Source: Leucoraja ocellata (Eukaryota). Taken from it: DNA of 64,000 bases. Made by a program: the position numbers and the translations under genes. How positions within the stretch are numbered: position 1 is the stretch's first letter; every line of letters begins with the position of its first letter. Under the pieces are notes generated by a model. The model was given only the letters and a program-made list of their open reading frames with translations. It was not told the DNA's origin and did no database searches. Below are positions 25,263-36,608 of this stretch, in pieces. Location of the stretch: contig JAWMAR010000069.1 of the NCBI GenBank assembly GCA_036785375.1, forward strand, positions 7,254,001 to 7,318,000, in the 5' to 3' direction.

Positions 25263-26326
25263 TTACTTATTTTTTTGGAAACAAGATGTCAGCCAGCACT
25301 GAGGTTTTCTGCAGATGGTCAGTGGGGAGAGACCCTGCTGTTCCAGGCCCATTTGGTTAACTATGTGAACTGATAACTGGGTGGGTTAGACTGTAAGTAA
25401 GCTTGAGGCTGGAAGGCAGAGGAGATGAAGGTGTGAGGGAATCAGGTATTGGTCTGAGGGGAGGGGTGGTGATTGGGGCTTCCATTGTGGTTCTTACCCA
25501 TTCAGAGGATGAGAGTTTGGGAGCAAGACTGAAGGATTGAAGGAAAAGTGTAACGGTGAGATTGATAGATTGGAAAGAATAGGTGCCAATGTGCGGAGGT
25601 GGCTTCCTGCAGGATTGAAGATGTGTGGGACTTGTCTTTTTGCAATTCCTATCCAGCATTGCATTGGGAAGCAAGTTTGTCCAGAAGCACCTAATGATGG
25701 TTACTGTAAGGCTACCCCGACTAACTTCCTGAAATGCTTCAAAAGGCATGTGACAAGCTGAATGGCATCATTTAGTGCCCAGCTGAGTGGAAATAAAAAG
25801 ATGAGTATTAAGTCCATTGTTTTAAATGGCCATGACATAGGAGCAGAATTGGGCCATTGGGTCCATTTGAGTCCACTCTGCCATTCAATCATGGATGATC
25901 TATTTCTCCAATCAGTTCATGCTTTATAATGGAAGTAATTTTTTCCATATTGAGAAGTCAAAAATTAGTTCTTCATATGTGTCAGTTCAAAACAGTCTCG
26001 GCAGCTTTGAATGCTATATTGAAAATGAAATCAATAATATAATATAATTTCCCAATAATGAAAAGTGATGGATAGACAATAAATGCTTAAAAGGGCACCA
26101 GATTAAACTTCTTCAAAATAATGTTTGCAAGATAATTTCCAAACCCTTATCTATGTCCAAGCTAAATATATTGAAGCATGGCAGTTAGGTCTACTCCAGA
26201 TTAAACATTCTGTCAAATTTATAGGTGCTTTTTGAGATCAGATAGATTTCCCAATACATGTAATGTTGATTAATTTGCACATGTCCAACTAGGTTTTTCA
26301 TATTCCAGCATAAATATTTATTAAAA

Positions 26327-26635
26327 GGGTGGCACAGTGGTAGAGCTGCTGTCTCACAGTGCCAGAGACCCAGGTTTGATCCTGACCATGGGTGCTATCT
26401 GTACATAGTTTGTACGTACTCCTCATGATCATGTGTGTTTTCTCCGGGTGCTCCGATATCGTCCCATGTACTTCTCCAAAGACGTACAAGTCTGTAGGTT
26501 AATTAGCTTTGAAAACAAATTGTAAATTGTCCCTGGTGTGTTGGATAGTGTTAATGTACGGGGTGATCGCTGGTTGGTGTGGACACAGTGGGCCTCAGGG
26601 CCTGTTTCCCCACCGTAACTTTCACTAAACTAAAC
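26327..26635 (+). mobile_element. HE1-type SINE
   Basis: GGGTGGCACAGTGG head, GGTTTGATCC B box, GGGCCTGTTTCC...CTAAACTAAAC tail. Confidence 0.85.
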
Positions 26636-27849
26636 CTTTGGTTCAATCATGTGAATATTTGTTTCTTTGAGGAACAGCTCTCTGTTCAGAGTTTATGCAA
26701 ATAATATTTTCTAATGACTTCTTGCTTGAAAATTATCAATTCAGCTTATGGAGACATTTAGTAGCTAACAAATAAAGTCAAGAATAACCATCAGATTTAA
26801 ACAAAGAATGTGCTTATATATTTGGCTTCCAATATTGTAATCTCTGTTCTAGGCTTTCATTTTAAACTGTGTACTCATTTTTCATTTAATGTTTATCTGA
26901 AGAATTATGCACATAATTCAAGACTGGAGCTTTCTCCATCTGGTTACATGTACATCATGTGCCATACATGTGGTTTAGACCTGCTATACTTGAAGCTGAA
27001 GAGATCCGTGGGCGTTTTTGTAGCAGATACATCCGTGGGTGTTTTTGTTGTAGATCTATTTAAAGCACTAACCAGAAGTTATGTAACGCATTCCTCCCGA
27101 CACATGGGTATTATATGCAACACATGACTCATTAAATTTCAGAGTGTGTTACACATATTGTGGGAGGGAATTCCTCGCAGCCAACAAAACAGAGTTTCCG
27201 GGAGCTTGGACCATATAATGCACTAGAAGGCACAATCTCCAATGAAATGAGTCAAGAACAGCTGATGGTTCTGCTGTGATACATTTTCTTGGGATTTTCT
27301 TGTGGCAATCCTTAAGATTATTAGCCAGGGAAGTCGAAAGTGTGACAGTAGCAGGATGACATTTGTTTTTAACAAGAGCACCAACTGCTGATGTTAGAAA
27401 AGTAAGAGCAATTAATTGGTGCCAAATTTCAATTAGCTGCAGCTTAGCTCTTTCATAATGAAATATGTATTTTCACTTCTTGAATTATTAGTAGCTAACG
27501 AAATAAAAGTTACCAGTCAATAAATCATAGTCAGGAGTAGTGCAGTTACAGTTTGATAAGGCTCGCAGTCAATTCATTTTAGAGAGGGTGAACAGCTGGT
27601 AGGATGTGGGCAGTAGATTGCACTATATTGCAAACCGGTCTCCATTCATCTTCAGTCAGACTGGATGGTTGCAATGTCACCACAGTTTGTCTTGTGCTTC
27701 TGCTTAATGGATGGCATTACTAACATTAATCAAGTTATGTCCTTGTGCTGAGTATTGTTTGTCACAGGGCAAGGCCCACTGTGTGATGCCTGCTGGCAGA
27801 TATTTAATGTACAAGCTCACCAATGGACCAAAAAGGGCAGCAAAAAGAC

Positions 27850-28820
27850 ACAGCAACTGCAGATGCCAGAATCTCGAGCAAAACGCAAAGTGCTGGAGGA
27901 ACTCAGTGGGTCAGGGAGTATCTGTGGTGGGAATGGACACATGGTGTTTCGGGCAGGGACTTGTCTTCAGGCTGAAGGAATGGGGTAGATAAGCTGCCAT
28001 GGAGAAGTTACATGGAGGGGTGAGGTAAAACTGGCAAGCGATAGTTGGGAAGACCTATCATTCCTGAAGAAGGGTCCTGACCAGAAACATCATCTATCTA
28101 TGTTCTGCAGAGGTGCCTCCTGACCAGCTGAGTTGTACAGGGCCCCAGTGAGACGACACCTGCAGTATTGTGTGCAGTTTTTGTCTCCAAATTTGAGGAA
28201 GGATATTCTTTGCTATTGACATTGCTATTGAGGGAGTGCAGCGGAGGTTTACAAGGTTAATTCCCGGGATGGGGGGGGGACTGTCATATGCTGAGAGAAT
28301 GGAGCGGCTGGGCTTGTATACTCTGGAATTTAGAAGGATGAGGGGGAATCTTATTGAAACATATAAGATTATTTAGGGTTTGGACACGCTAGAAGCAGGA
28401 AACTTGTTCCTGAAGTTGGGGGAGTCCAGAACCAGGTGCCACAGTTTAAGAATAAGGGGTAAGCCATTTTTAGAACAGAGATGAGGAAACGCTTTTTCAT
28501 ACAGAGAGTTGTGAGTTTGTGGATTTCTCTGCCTCAGAGGGCGGTGAAGGCCAGTTCTCTGGATACTTTTAAAAGAGAGCTAGATCGGGAGTTGGGGATA
28601 TGGGGAGAAGGTACCGGAGTTGGGGATACCGGAGTTCGGGATATGGGGAGAAGGCAGGAACTGAGGTAGTCATTGTGGACGATCAGCCATGATCACATTG
28701 AATGGCGGTGCTGGCTCGAAGGGCAGAATGGCCTCCTCCTGTACCAATTATTTATTGTTACTCCAGCATTTTGTGTCTTTCTTTGATAAACCAGCATCTG
28801 CAGTTCCTTGTTATTACATA
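27850..28820. mobile_element. Penelope-derived inverted-arm element interrupted by a CR1 insertion
   Basis: Minus arm 27850-27975; plus arm CTGAAGAAGGGTCCTGACCAGAAACATC from 28064 to GCTGAGTT at 28134, resuming TTACTCCAGCATTTTGTG at 28758. Confidence 0.7.
28135..28756 (+). mobile_element. CR1/HER1 LINE 3' fragment (frameshifted)
   Basis: YCVQF, LSYAERMERLGLYTLEFRRMRGNLIETYKI, MRKRFFIQRVVSLW motifs and CR1 3' tail. Confidence 0.88.
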
Positions 28821-29424
28821 AGCGATATGTGGACTCGTGTGAAATGGGGTAATTGGCAGATGGGTGGAAATAGTAATAAAGGCTTGAGGTGAGATGTAGG
28901 CCAAAGGCTCTAGCTGTGGAAACAGAGTGGAAGGATGAGGAGGAGTGAAATATAAAAATGGAAGGAGGTGTAGTGGGTGGAATAGAACAAGAGGAAAGGG
29001 AGGAATTAAAGGAAAAATGAGAATTTCCTCCCACATCCCAAAGACGTACGAGTTTGTGAGTTAATTGGTTTGTGTAAAATTGGCCCTAGTGGGTGGGGAA
29101 TAGAAGGTAAGTGGGATAACATATAACTAATGTGAATGCATGATCTGTGTTTGTCGTCGACTAGGTTGGCCAACACTGAAGTTCTTCCTAGCAACATCTC
29201 AGAAATGGGTTTAAATTACGAGTTGGAAGTGTGGGAGGATCTTAGGGGAATGGACGAGTGGGATTAAGCAAGTTGTTGGAGCTGCCTACAGACAAGTTTC
29301 CGTCCCCAGGGACCTCATACCAGACCCTGCAATGAAGTGCGAGAGATTGCTTTTACTTTATCACCATTCTCTTGATTTCATTTATGAGGGGAAGGATCCA
29401 TAAAATGAGCAAATACCACATGGA

Positions 29425-29510
29425 TCAGTCTGAAGAAACGACACCTATTCCTTTGCACCATGGATGCTGCCTCACCCGCTGAGTTTCTCCAGCATTTTTG
29501 TCTACCTTTG
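29425..29510 (+). mobile_element. 86-bp Penelope-derived insertion with 14-bp TSD
   Basis: Begins TCAGTCTGAAGA; perfect direct repeats AAATACCACATGGA at 29411-29424 and 29511-29524. Confidence 0.85.
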
Positions 29511-29554
29511 AAATACCACATGGAACTCTTTTTCTAAAGCAGTTGGCATTTGAA

Positions 29555-30060
29555 AAATGGGAATATTCAGGTCAATTAGGTTAACGTTCGTCTTGGGAAA
29601 AAGGTTGGATGTTATTATAAAATATGTATTAAAATAATGCTTGACAGAATTCATGGTAAATGGGCAATGTCGACATGGCTTTGTGAAAGAGAAATTATGG
29701 CTGACCAATATTTTTCTGTTCTTTGAAGAAATAATATATTCAGTGCATATTAGAGAATGAGTGAATGTAATATACTTAGATATAAAGAAACATTTGATAA
29801 GGTGGGCATCAAAGGTTATTGCAGAAAATCAAAGCTCATTGTTTGTGCAGTAACACGCTGGGATTGCTGAAGAATGGCTGGCCAGCTGGGAGGAGGGTAG
29901 TTATGTTGAGTCCTTTTATTCTGTTTGGGAAGATGTCACAATTGGTGTGCCACTGGGGATAAATCCTGGGCCTTAACTTTATATAATAAATGTGAATAAG
30001 CTAGGTAAAGGGAACAAAGATTATGTTGCTAAATTTGCTGATGACACATAGGTAGGTGGA
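29555..30060 (+). mobile_element. Old CR1 reverse transcriptase core relic
   Basis: QHGFVK-like, CLTN-like, VIYLDIKKxFDKV, GVPLG and AKFADDT motifs with many disablements. Confidence 0.75.
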
Positions 30061-30747
30061 CAGCTGTCTTTGTGTACTTTTGACAGCTACCTGGTTGTGA
30101 AGAAAACATAAAGAACTAAGAGAAAAGGTATAACAGGTAGGAAGGAACCTTCAGATGCTGGTTTACACCGAAGATAGAAACAAAATGCTGGAGTAACTCA
30201 GTGGGTGCCTTCGCTATCATAAGTCAAAGTGCTCACTGTTATTTGTCTTTCATTGGGATTGCTAATGTCCACCTTTGGGATTCATTTGCTAGGTGTTAAC
30301 ACAGAGCAACTGTTTAATGTTGCAAATCAAATCAGTGCACTTAAAACCGGCAGGTCTAATCAGGACCTCCTCCTGTCATTAAATGTCCCTGTCCTTGGAT
30401 CTATCCTCAAATACAACCTTCCAACCATCAGGTCCTGAGTGTGATTGAGTACTGTTCACTGACCTGGATGAGTGCAGCTCCAATAACTCAAGAAGCCTTG
30501 CACCATCCAAGTAAAGCAACCCTCTTGGTGCCACTGCATCCATCATCCTAGGTATTCATTGCCTCCCCCAATGTGCAACATACAAAGTGCATTGCAGTTG
30601 CTTACCAAGGTTACTCTGACAGCAACTCTCAAATCCGCAAACTAGCCATGAACCATCAAGAAGATTAAAGGGAGCAGGTGCAGTGCATCACCATTGCCTG
30701 AACCCCCCCCCCCCCCCCCCCCCACGTGGAAACATCCTACAGAGGCC

Positions 30748-31043
30748 AAAGCCTCAGAACAAATGGGTGTACTTTTAGAGAGGAGATGAGGAGGAATTTC
30801 TTTAATCAGGGAGTAGTGAATCTGTAGAATTCATTGCCACAGAAGGCTGTGGAGGCCAGATCAATGGATATTTTTAAGGCAGAGATTGATAGATTCTTGA
30901 TTAGTATGAGGTGTCAGGGGTTATGGGGAGAAAGCAGGACAATGGGGTTGAGAGGGAAAGATAGATCGGCCATGATTGAATGGCGGAGTAGACTCGATTG
31001 GTTGAAAGACCTAATTCTGCTCCTACAACTCATGAAGTTATGA
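30748..31043 (+). mobile_element. CR1/HER1 LINE 3' fragment
   Basis: EMRRNFFNQGVVNL...LPQKAVEARSMDIFKAEIDRFL and CR1 tail; poly-C run just upstream (30704-30723). Confidence 0.85.
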
Positions 31044-31298
31044 ACTTCCTTTTTAACAACACAAATGGAATGAGTTCACTTGAAGGACTGGAGCCATTCA
31101 AAAAGGCAGATCACCACCATCACCACTCCAATTATGGATAGGCAATAACTTTAGCTTTGCCAGCAACACCCAGAAGGAACAAACAGAAACTGCTGCCACG
31201 AAATGTCAGTGTGATCAAATGGATGTGCTGTTGGTCAAAGTTGTGGCATGCATGCTCCTGAAATAAGCAGTACTGGGCAATCTAAATAATCTAATCTA

Positions 31299-31848
31299 TC
31301 TATGTATATATTACTACAACTCTCATCTTGTTTGTTTGTATGCGTGCATGTGTGTGTGTGAGATCCTGAAACCCTGCCAAAACGGTACTTGAAGCACTAC
31401 AATGTTTGGCCCACCTTACTCACCATTGTCCTGGGATGTGCAGTATCAAGTTTTGTTTGGATTAATGTTATATTTTACAAGTTATTGCATTTTAAACTTT
31501 ACAAAAACCACTATTCCACTTGCCCTGCCCGTCAGCCACGTTCGACGTCACAACAACGTCACAATGGGATCCCAATGGGTCCGCCCCCTGCAAAGTTAGC
31601 CTGCCGCCATCTTGCAATCAACTTTCATATCGCAATGTTTTCTTTTTCTCACAAAGAGGAACCAAAGGCTCCATGGGTAAGTTTCCTTCTACTTTACAAA
31701 TGACTCCACGGGTCCACTATTCACTTTACTAACTTTAACTTAATTTCAGCCATCAACGACACAACTTTGAACTTGGCAGACGTGCATGCGCAGTTTGGTG
31801 GAATATTGGGTTGGGTGAGTGGGCCCAACAGGTCCGCACTTGGTCTAG
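31299..31848 (+). mobile_element. Non-autonomous Helitron unit 1
   Basis: A|TCTATGTATATATTACT 5' end; 3' GGCCCAACAGGTCCGCACTTGGTCTAG|T; no TSD, inserted at A|T. Confidence 0.8.
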
Positions 31849-32821
31849 TATATATTACTTGTTTGTTTGTATGCGAGCGTATGTGCGTGTGCTTGAGATC
31901 CTGAAACCCCGCCAAAACTGTACACGATAGCGCTACAGGTTTTGGCCCACCTTACCATTTTCCTGGGATGTAAATGAAACAGGTTTTGTTCAGATTGATG
32001 TTATATTTTACAAGTTATTAACATTTTAAACTTTACAAAAATCACTTTTCAAACCACATTTCAACTTGCCCTGCCCGTCAGCCTCGTCGACGTAACAATG
32101 ACATTACAATGGGATCCCAAATCTAATTTACATAAAAACGCAATTTTAATCAATTCTTCATTCTTCATTAACAGCTAACATTGTGTTTAGGTTATTGTAA
32201 AGAAAAACACAATTTTCATTGTGGGGTAGGATAGGGGGGAGGTTTCATTTTTTTAAATTGTAATTTTCATTGTGGGTGGGGGGTGGGATAGTGGGGAGGT
32301 GAGGAGTAGGGGGATAGAGGGAGAGGAAGGGGAAAATGGGAGAGGTGAGAAGGAATGGAGGAGGAGAGAGGATAGAGGGAGAGGAGGGGGGGTTAGAGGG
32401 AGAGGAGGGCAGTGGGGGTGTGGGATAGGGGGGAGGTGAGGCATAGGGAAGCAGGAAGATAGAGGAAGAGGAGGGGGGTAGGGAGGGGTTGCGGAGGGAG
32501 GGAGGAAGGGAGTGACTGAGGGTAGGGGAAAGGAGAGGGAGGGTGAAGTGAGGGAGGTACTGGAGGAGGAGAGGAGAAAGAAAAGGGGGTGAAGAGGAGG
32601 GGGAGGGAAGTGCTGGGGATGAGGGGGAATGGAGGAGGATAGGGGTAGGAAGAGGGATGGCGAGGTGCAGTTGAGGGAGGGTTGCCGTGACTCGCGTCAC
32701 AACGGGAATCTCTGCCGCCACAACGGGAACCCCTCAGCCGCGCCTACGCAGTTGGGGGCTATGGGTGAGTGGTGGAGTATTGCCTTGGGGGACTGGCCCA
32801 ACGGGTCAGCACCTGGTCTAG
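31849..32821 (+). mobile_element. Non-autonomous Helitron unit 2 (first 4 bp probably displaced to 31295-31298)
   Basis: First 270 bp or so are homologous to unit 1; ends with hairpin GGCCC-AAC-GGGTC then CTAG|T; internal purine tract. Confidence 0.8.
32221..32680 (+). repeat. G/A-rich low-complexity tract inside the Helitron
   Basis: Many GGG-GGGGGG runs, mostly purines over about 460 bp. Confidence 0.9.
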
Positions 32822-34169
32822 TAAATAACTACAAATTTCAGCCCCTAAACTGCACTTCACCTCCACCAATCAACAACAAATTTCTGATCAATGTTGGAAT
32901 ATAAATATGCAATAGGCCTATAAAAACATTCTCTGGAAATGCTCTCTGTCCTGATTTATACACGTTAGTGAAACTTAATGCAACAACCTGGTTTGTGCTT
33001 AACATACTGTTAGTTAAGCCATATTTTTGTCCCCTGATTGCTAATGTTAATTCCTGAGTTTGGTTCATAAATTGTGGCAAGGGCTTTAAATAAAGAGGGA
33101 AGGGACATATAAATTCTTAAATAGAAGTCATTCCTTCCCTGGCCACAGCTCGACTATTTCCACTGAAGTTCAACGGTAATGTTCACCATGTCTTCTGATA
33201 ACGATGAGCACCATCTTGTGACTAAAGAGAGGAATTGCATGTTCACAGAAACCTTCATTCTGTGCAAAACTGGCCCTACAGTAGACAAGGTTGAGATTAT
33301 ATTACAAGAATGTCCAAGTGTTGTTGGAATTTAGTACTGAAGTCCATCAACTGTGTGGATTGCATTCACTATGTTCTTATCATCCTGGTATTTCCTGCAA
33401 TATTTTCAAAAGCATGCCAAGCAACTGAAAATTATCTAAAAACAAATGTCTCGTATAAAAGCAACGCATGGCAAATGGAAGCTGTCCACCCTTAAGCATC
33501 TATGGAATTTTAGATTAGACGTAGGGTATGTACCGGGATGCTTTACTCTACTTGCAATGGCATTCATTTGCTTATGACCTGTTCCTTGTCATGCAACAGA
33601 TTTCTAGATTATATAATTTGAATGTCCACTGTTTGAGGCCTTGATCACAAGGGATTATAGAACATGAGACAATCTAGTCAGCTCACTTGGCAGGATAGGT
33701 TCTTCTCAGACTGACTTTTCCAGGCAATGTTCATGGACTGCATCTACTCCCAGCCGACACGAGCATCAGTGATTTAAGAGCAGAATCCTAAATTTGGAAC
33801 TTAAAGCAGTATTGTTGATTTGTAAGAAAATAAGAGCATCGATAATATCTGTAGAACCCATCAATAGACTCATCAAACTGAAGGTCCTATTTCTGCCTTG
33901 TATGATTATAACACATTTCTATTAGGGAAAGAATTGGGAGAAATATAGCTATTACAGCCTTTCTTCTGCGGTATTAAATTTGCTTGCATGCTCAGTGACA
34001 TGACCCTGGTTGAAATAATAGAAGCATTCTTCAATTTTACTGGCCAATATTTTTAGCTGAGCAACATAATTCACCTGTCAGAGATGCCTAAATTAGCTGT
34101 TATGTTTCCCGGCAATACAAGAATAAATTCAAAGATAAATTAATTTGGCCAAAACTCTGGAACCTAGAG

Positions 34170-35600
34170 ATCATGTTGTTCCATTGTTTAAAAATGGTTC
34201 TAAGAGTAAACCTAGCAATTATAGACCTGTTAGTTTGATGTCAGTGGTGGGGAAATTAATGGAAAGGATACTTAGAGATAATATCTATAAGCATCTGGAT
34301 AAACAGGGTCTGATTAGGAACAGTCAACATAGATTTGTGCCTGGAAGGTCACGTTTGATTAATCTTCTTGAATTTTTTGAAGAGGTTACTAGGGAAATTG
34401 CTGAGGGTAAAGCAATGGATGTTGTCTATATGGACTTCAATAAGGCCGTTGACAAGGTTCCACATGGAAGATTGGTTAAGAAGGTTCAATTGTTGGGTAT
34501 TAATGGTGAAGTAGCAAGATGGATTCAACAGTGGCTGAATGGGAGATGCCAGAGAGTAAAGGATGGATGGCTGTTTGTCAGGTTGGAGGCCGGTGACTAG
34601 TGGGGTGCCACAGGGATCTGTGTTGGGTCCACTGTTGTTTGTCATATACATCAATGATCTGGATGATGGTGTGGTAAATTGGATTAGTAAGTTTGCAGAT
34701 GATACTAAGATAGGTGGTGTTGTGGATAATTAAGTAGATTTTCAAAGTCTACTGAGAGATTTAGGCCATTTGGAAGAGTGGGCTGAAAGATGGCAGATGG
34801 AGTTTAATGCTGATAAGTGTGAGGTGCTACATCTTGGCAGGACAAATCAAAATAGGACGTACATGGTAAATGGTAGCGATTTGAGGAATGCAGTTGAACA
34901 GAGAGATCTAGGAATAACTGTGCATAGTTCCCTGAAGGTGGAATCTCATGTAGATAGGGTAGTAAAGAAAGCGTTTGGTGTGCTGGCCTTTATAAATCAG
35001 AGCATTGATATAGAAGTTGGGATGTAATGTTAAAATTGTACAAGGCATTGGTGAGGCCAATTCTGGAGTATGGTGTACAATTTTGGTCGGCAAATTATAG
35101 GAAAGATGTAGTACAGAGGAGATTTACTAGAATGTTGCCTGGGTTTCAGCACCTACGTTACAGAGAAAGGTTGAACAAGATAGGTCTTTATTCTTTGGAG
35201 TGCAGAAGGTTAAGGGGGGACTTGATAGAGGCCTTTAAAATGATGAGAGGTATAGACAGAGTTGACGTGGATAAGCATTTTCCATTGCAAGTAGGGAAGA
35301 TTCAAACAAGAAGACATGATTTGAGAATTAAGGGACAGATGTTTAGGGGTAACATGAGGGGGAACTTCTTTACTCAGAGAGTGGTAGCTGTGTGGACTGA
35401 GCTTCCAGTGGAAGTGGTGGAGGCAGGTTCGATTTTATCATTTAAAAATAAATTGGATAGGTATATGGACGGGAAAGGAATGAAGGGTTATGGTCTGAGT
35501 GCAGATAGATGGGACTAGGTGAGAGTAAGTGTTCGGCACGGACTAGAAGGGCCGAGATGGCCTGTTTCCGTGCTGTAATTGTTATATGGTTATATGGTTA
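34170..35600 (+). mobile_element. 5'-truncated CR1/HER1 LINE with disabled reverse transcriptase
   Basis: [53 protein letters not shown] at 34692-34703, WQMEFNADKC, FTQRVV; frameshifts near 34560 and 35010, stop near 34731; (GTTATATG)n tail. Confidence 0.95.
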
Positions 35601-36475
35601 TCATGAACGATACATTTCTTAACTGTTTCTTTCTTCTCTGCAAGTGTAAATCAGGTCATTATTGTTTACTGAGGGATCTCATCTCAGATCAACCTTGTTC
35701 TATTCTGGCAACATTGTATGTGGATTAATAAGGTTAATTTTTATCATAGTATGTTCACTCAAGTTAATTGTAACTTTGCAATGCCTCCCAAACCTGTGAT
35801 CAACCAGTTCCAGAACAAGATGAAGCTAAAATAATTTCAATAGATGCTTCGGCACATCATGGACAAGTCCTCTTATTCCATGACTGTCTTTCGATGGGTT
35901 TTGAAAAATAGTTTTTTTTCCAATATTGCTTGTGACAGATGAAACTAGGTAAGCAGGTCATATGGGAATGTTATACCTTGGAACAAAAATCACATCTCTC
36001 AACTGTATCAATAAATTTCTACATTTCTGCAAGCTATTGTAAAAGATCAGATCAAAATGTCAGGTCAAGCACAATCTACTTCCTTTTATCGTTTTTGATT
36101 TTTAAATGTAATGAAATAGGTGAGAATAAAACCTCTAATTTTCAACGAATTATTCCATTCATTATATTGGGCCATTTTCAGGACAGAAGTAGCTTTAGAG
36201 TGTCCTGTATTTCTGTTTCCCACTTTGAAGTTAAAAGTAGATCCAAAAAGACATAACGGTCAAACAAACAGAGAATGACATTCTGAGCAATAGGCAAACT
36301 GGATTTAACACAACGTGAAATCTTCGGCATTTAGATTGATTATTTTGAGGTTTGGTTTGGTAAAGATATTCTGTTCCTCTCACAAAACTTTGTTATTCCT
36401 CTGCTGGAGTGATGGTTTATTGTTGATTTGAAAACAATCCATTTCCTTCTATTATCTTGCATTACAGCGGGTGGA

Positions 36476-36608
36476 GAGGCTGCTTCATAGCTCCAGTGAT
36501 CCTGATTCAATTTTGAGCTCCAATTCCATCTGTGTGGACATTTTTCCTCTGACCACAAAATAGATTTTCTCTGGGTGCTCTGGTTTTCTCTTACACCGAA
36601 TTAACACT
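36476..36608 (+). repeat. Left arm of inverted duplication (decayed SINE head)
   Basis: About 86% identical (manual alignment, about 19 differences in 133 bp) to the reverse complement of 37945-38076. Confidence 0.85.

Noticed and set aside
32245-32721. 158-aa proline-rich minus-strand ORF
   Set aside because: Low-complexity purine tract inside a Helitron.
34145-35518. Functional reverse transcriptase gene
   Set aside because: 5'-truncated with frameshifts, an in-frame stop and a deletion; annotated as a dead CR1 copy.
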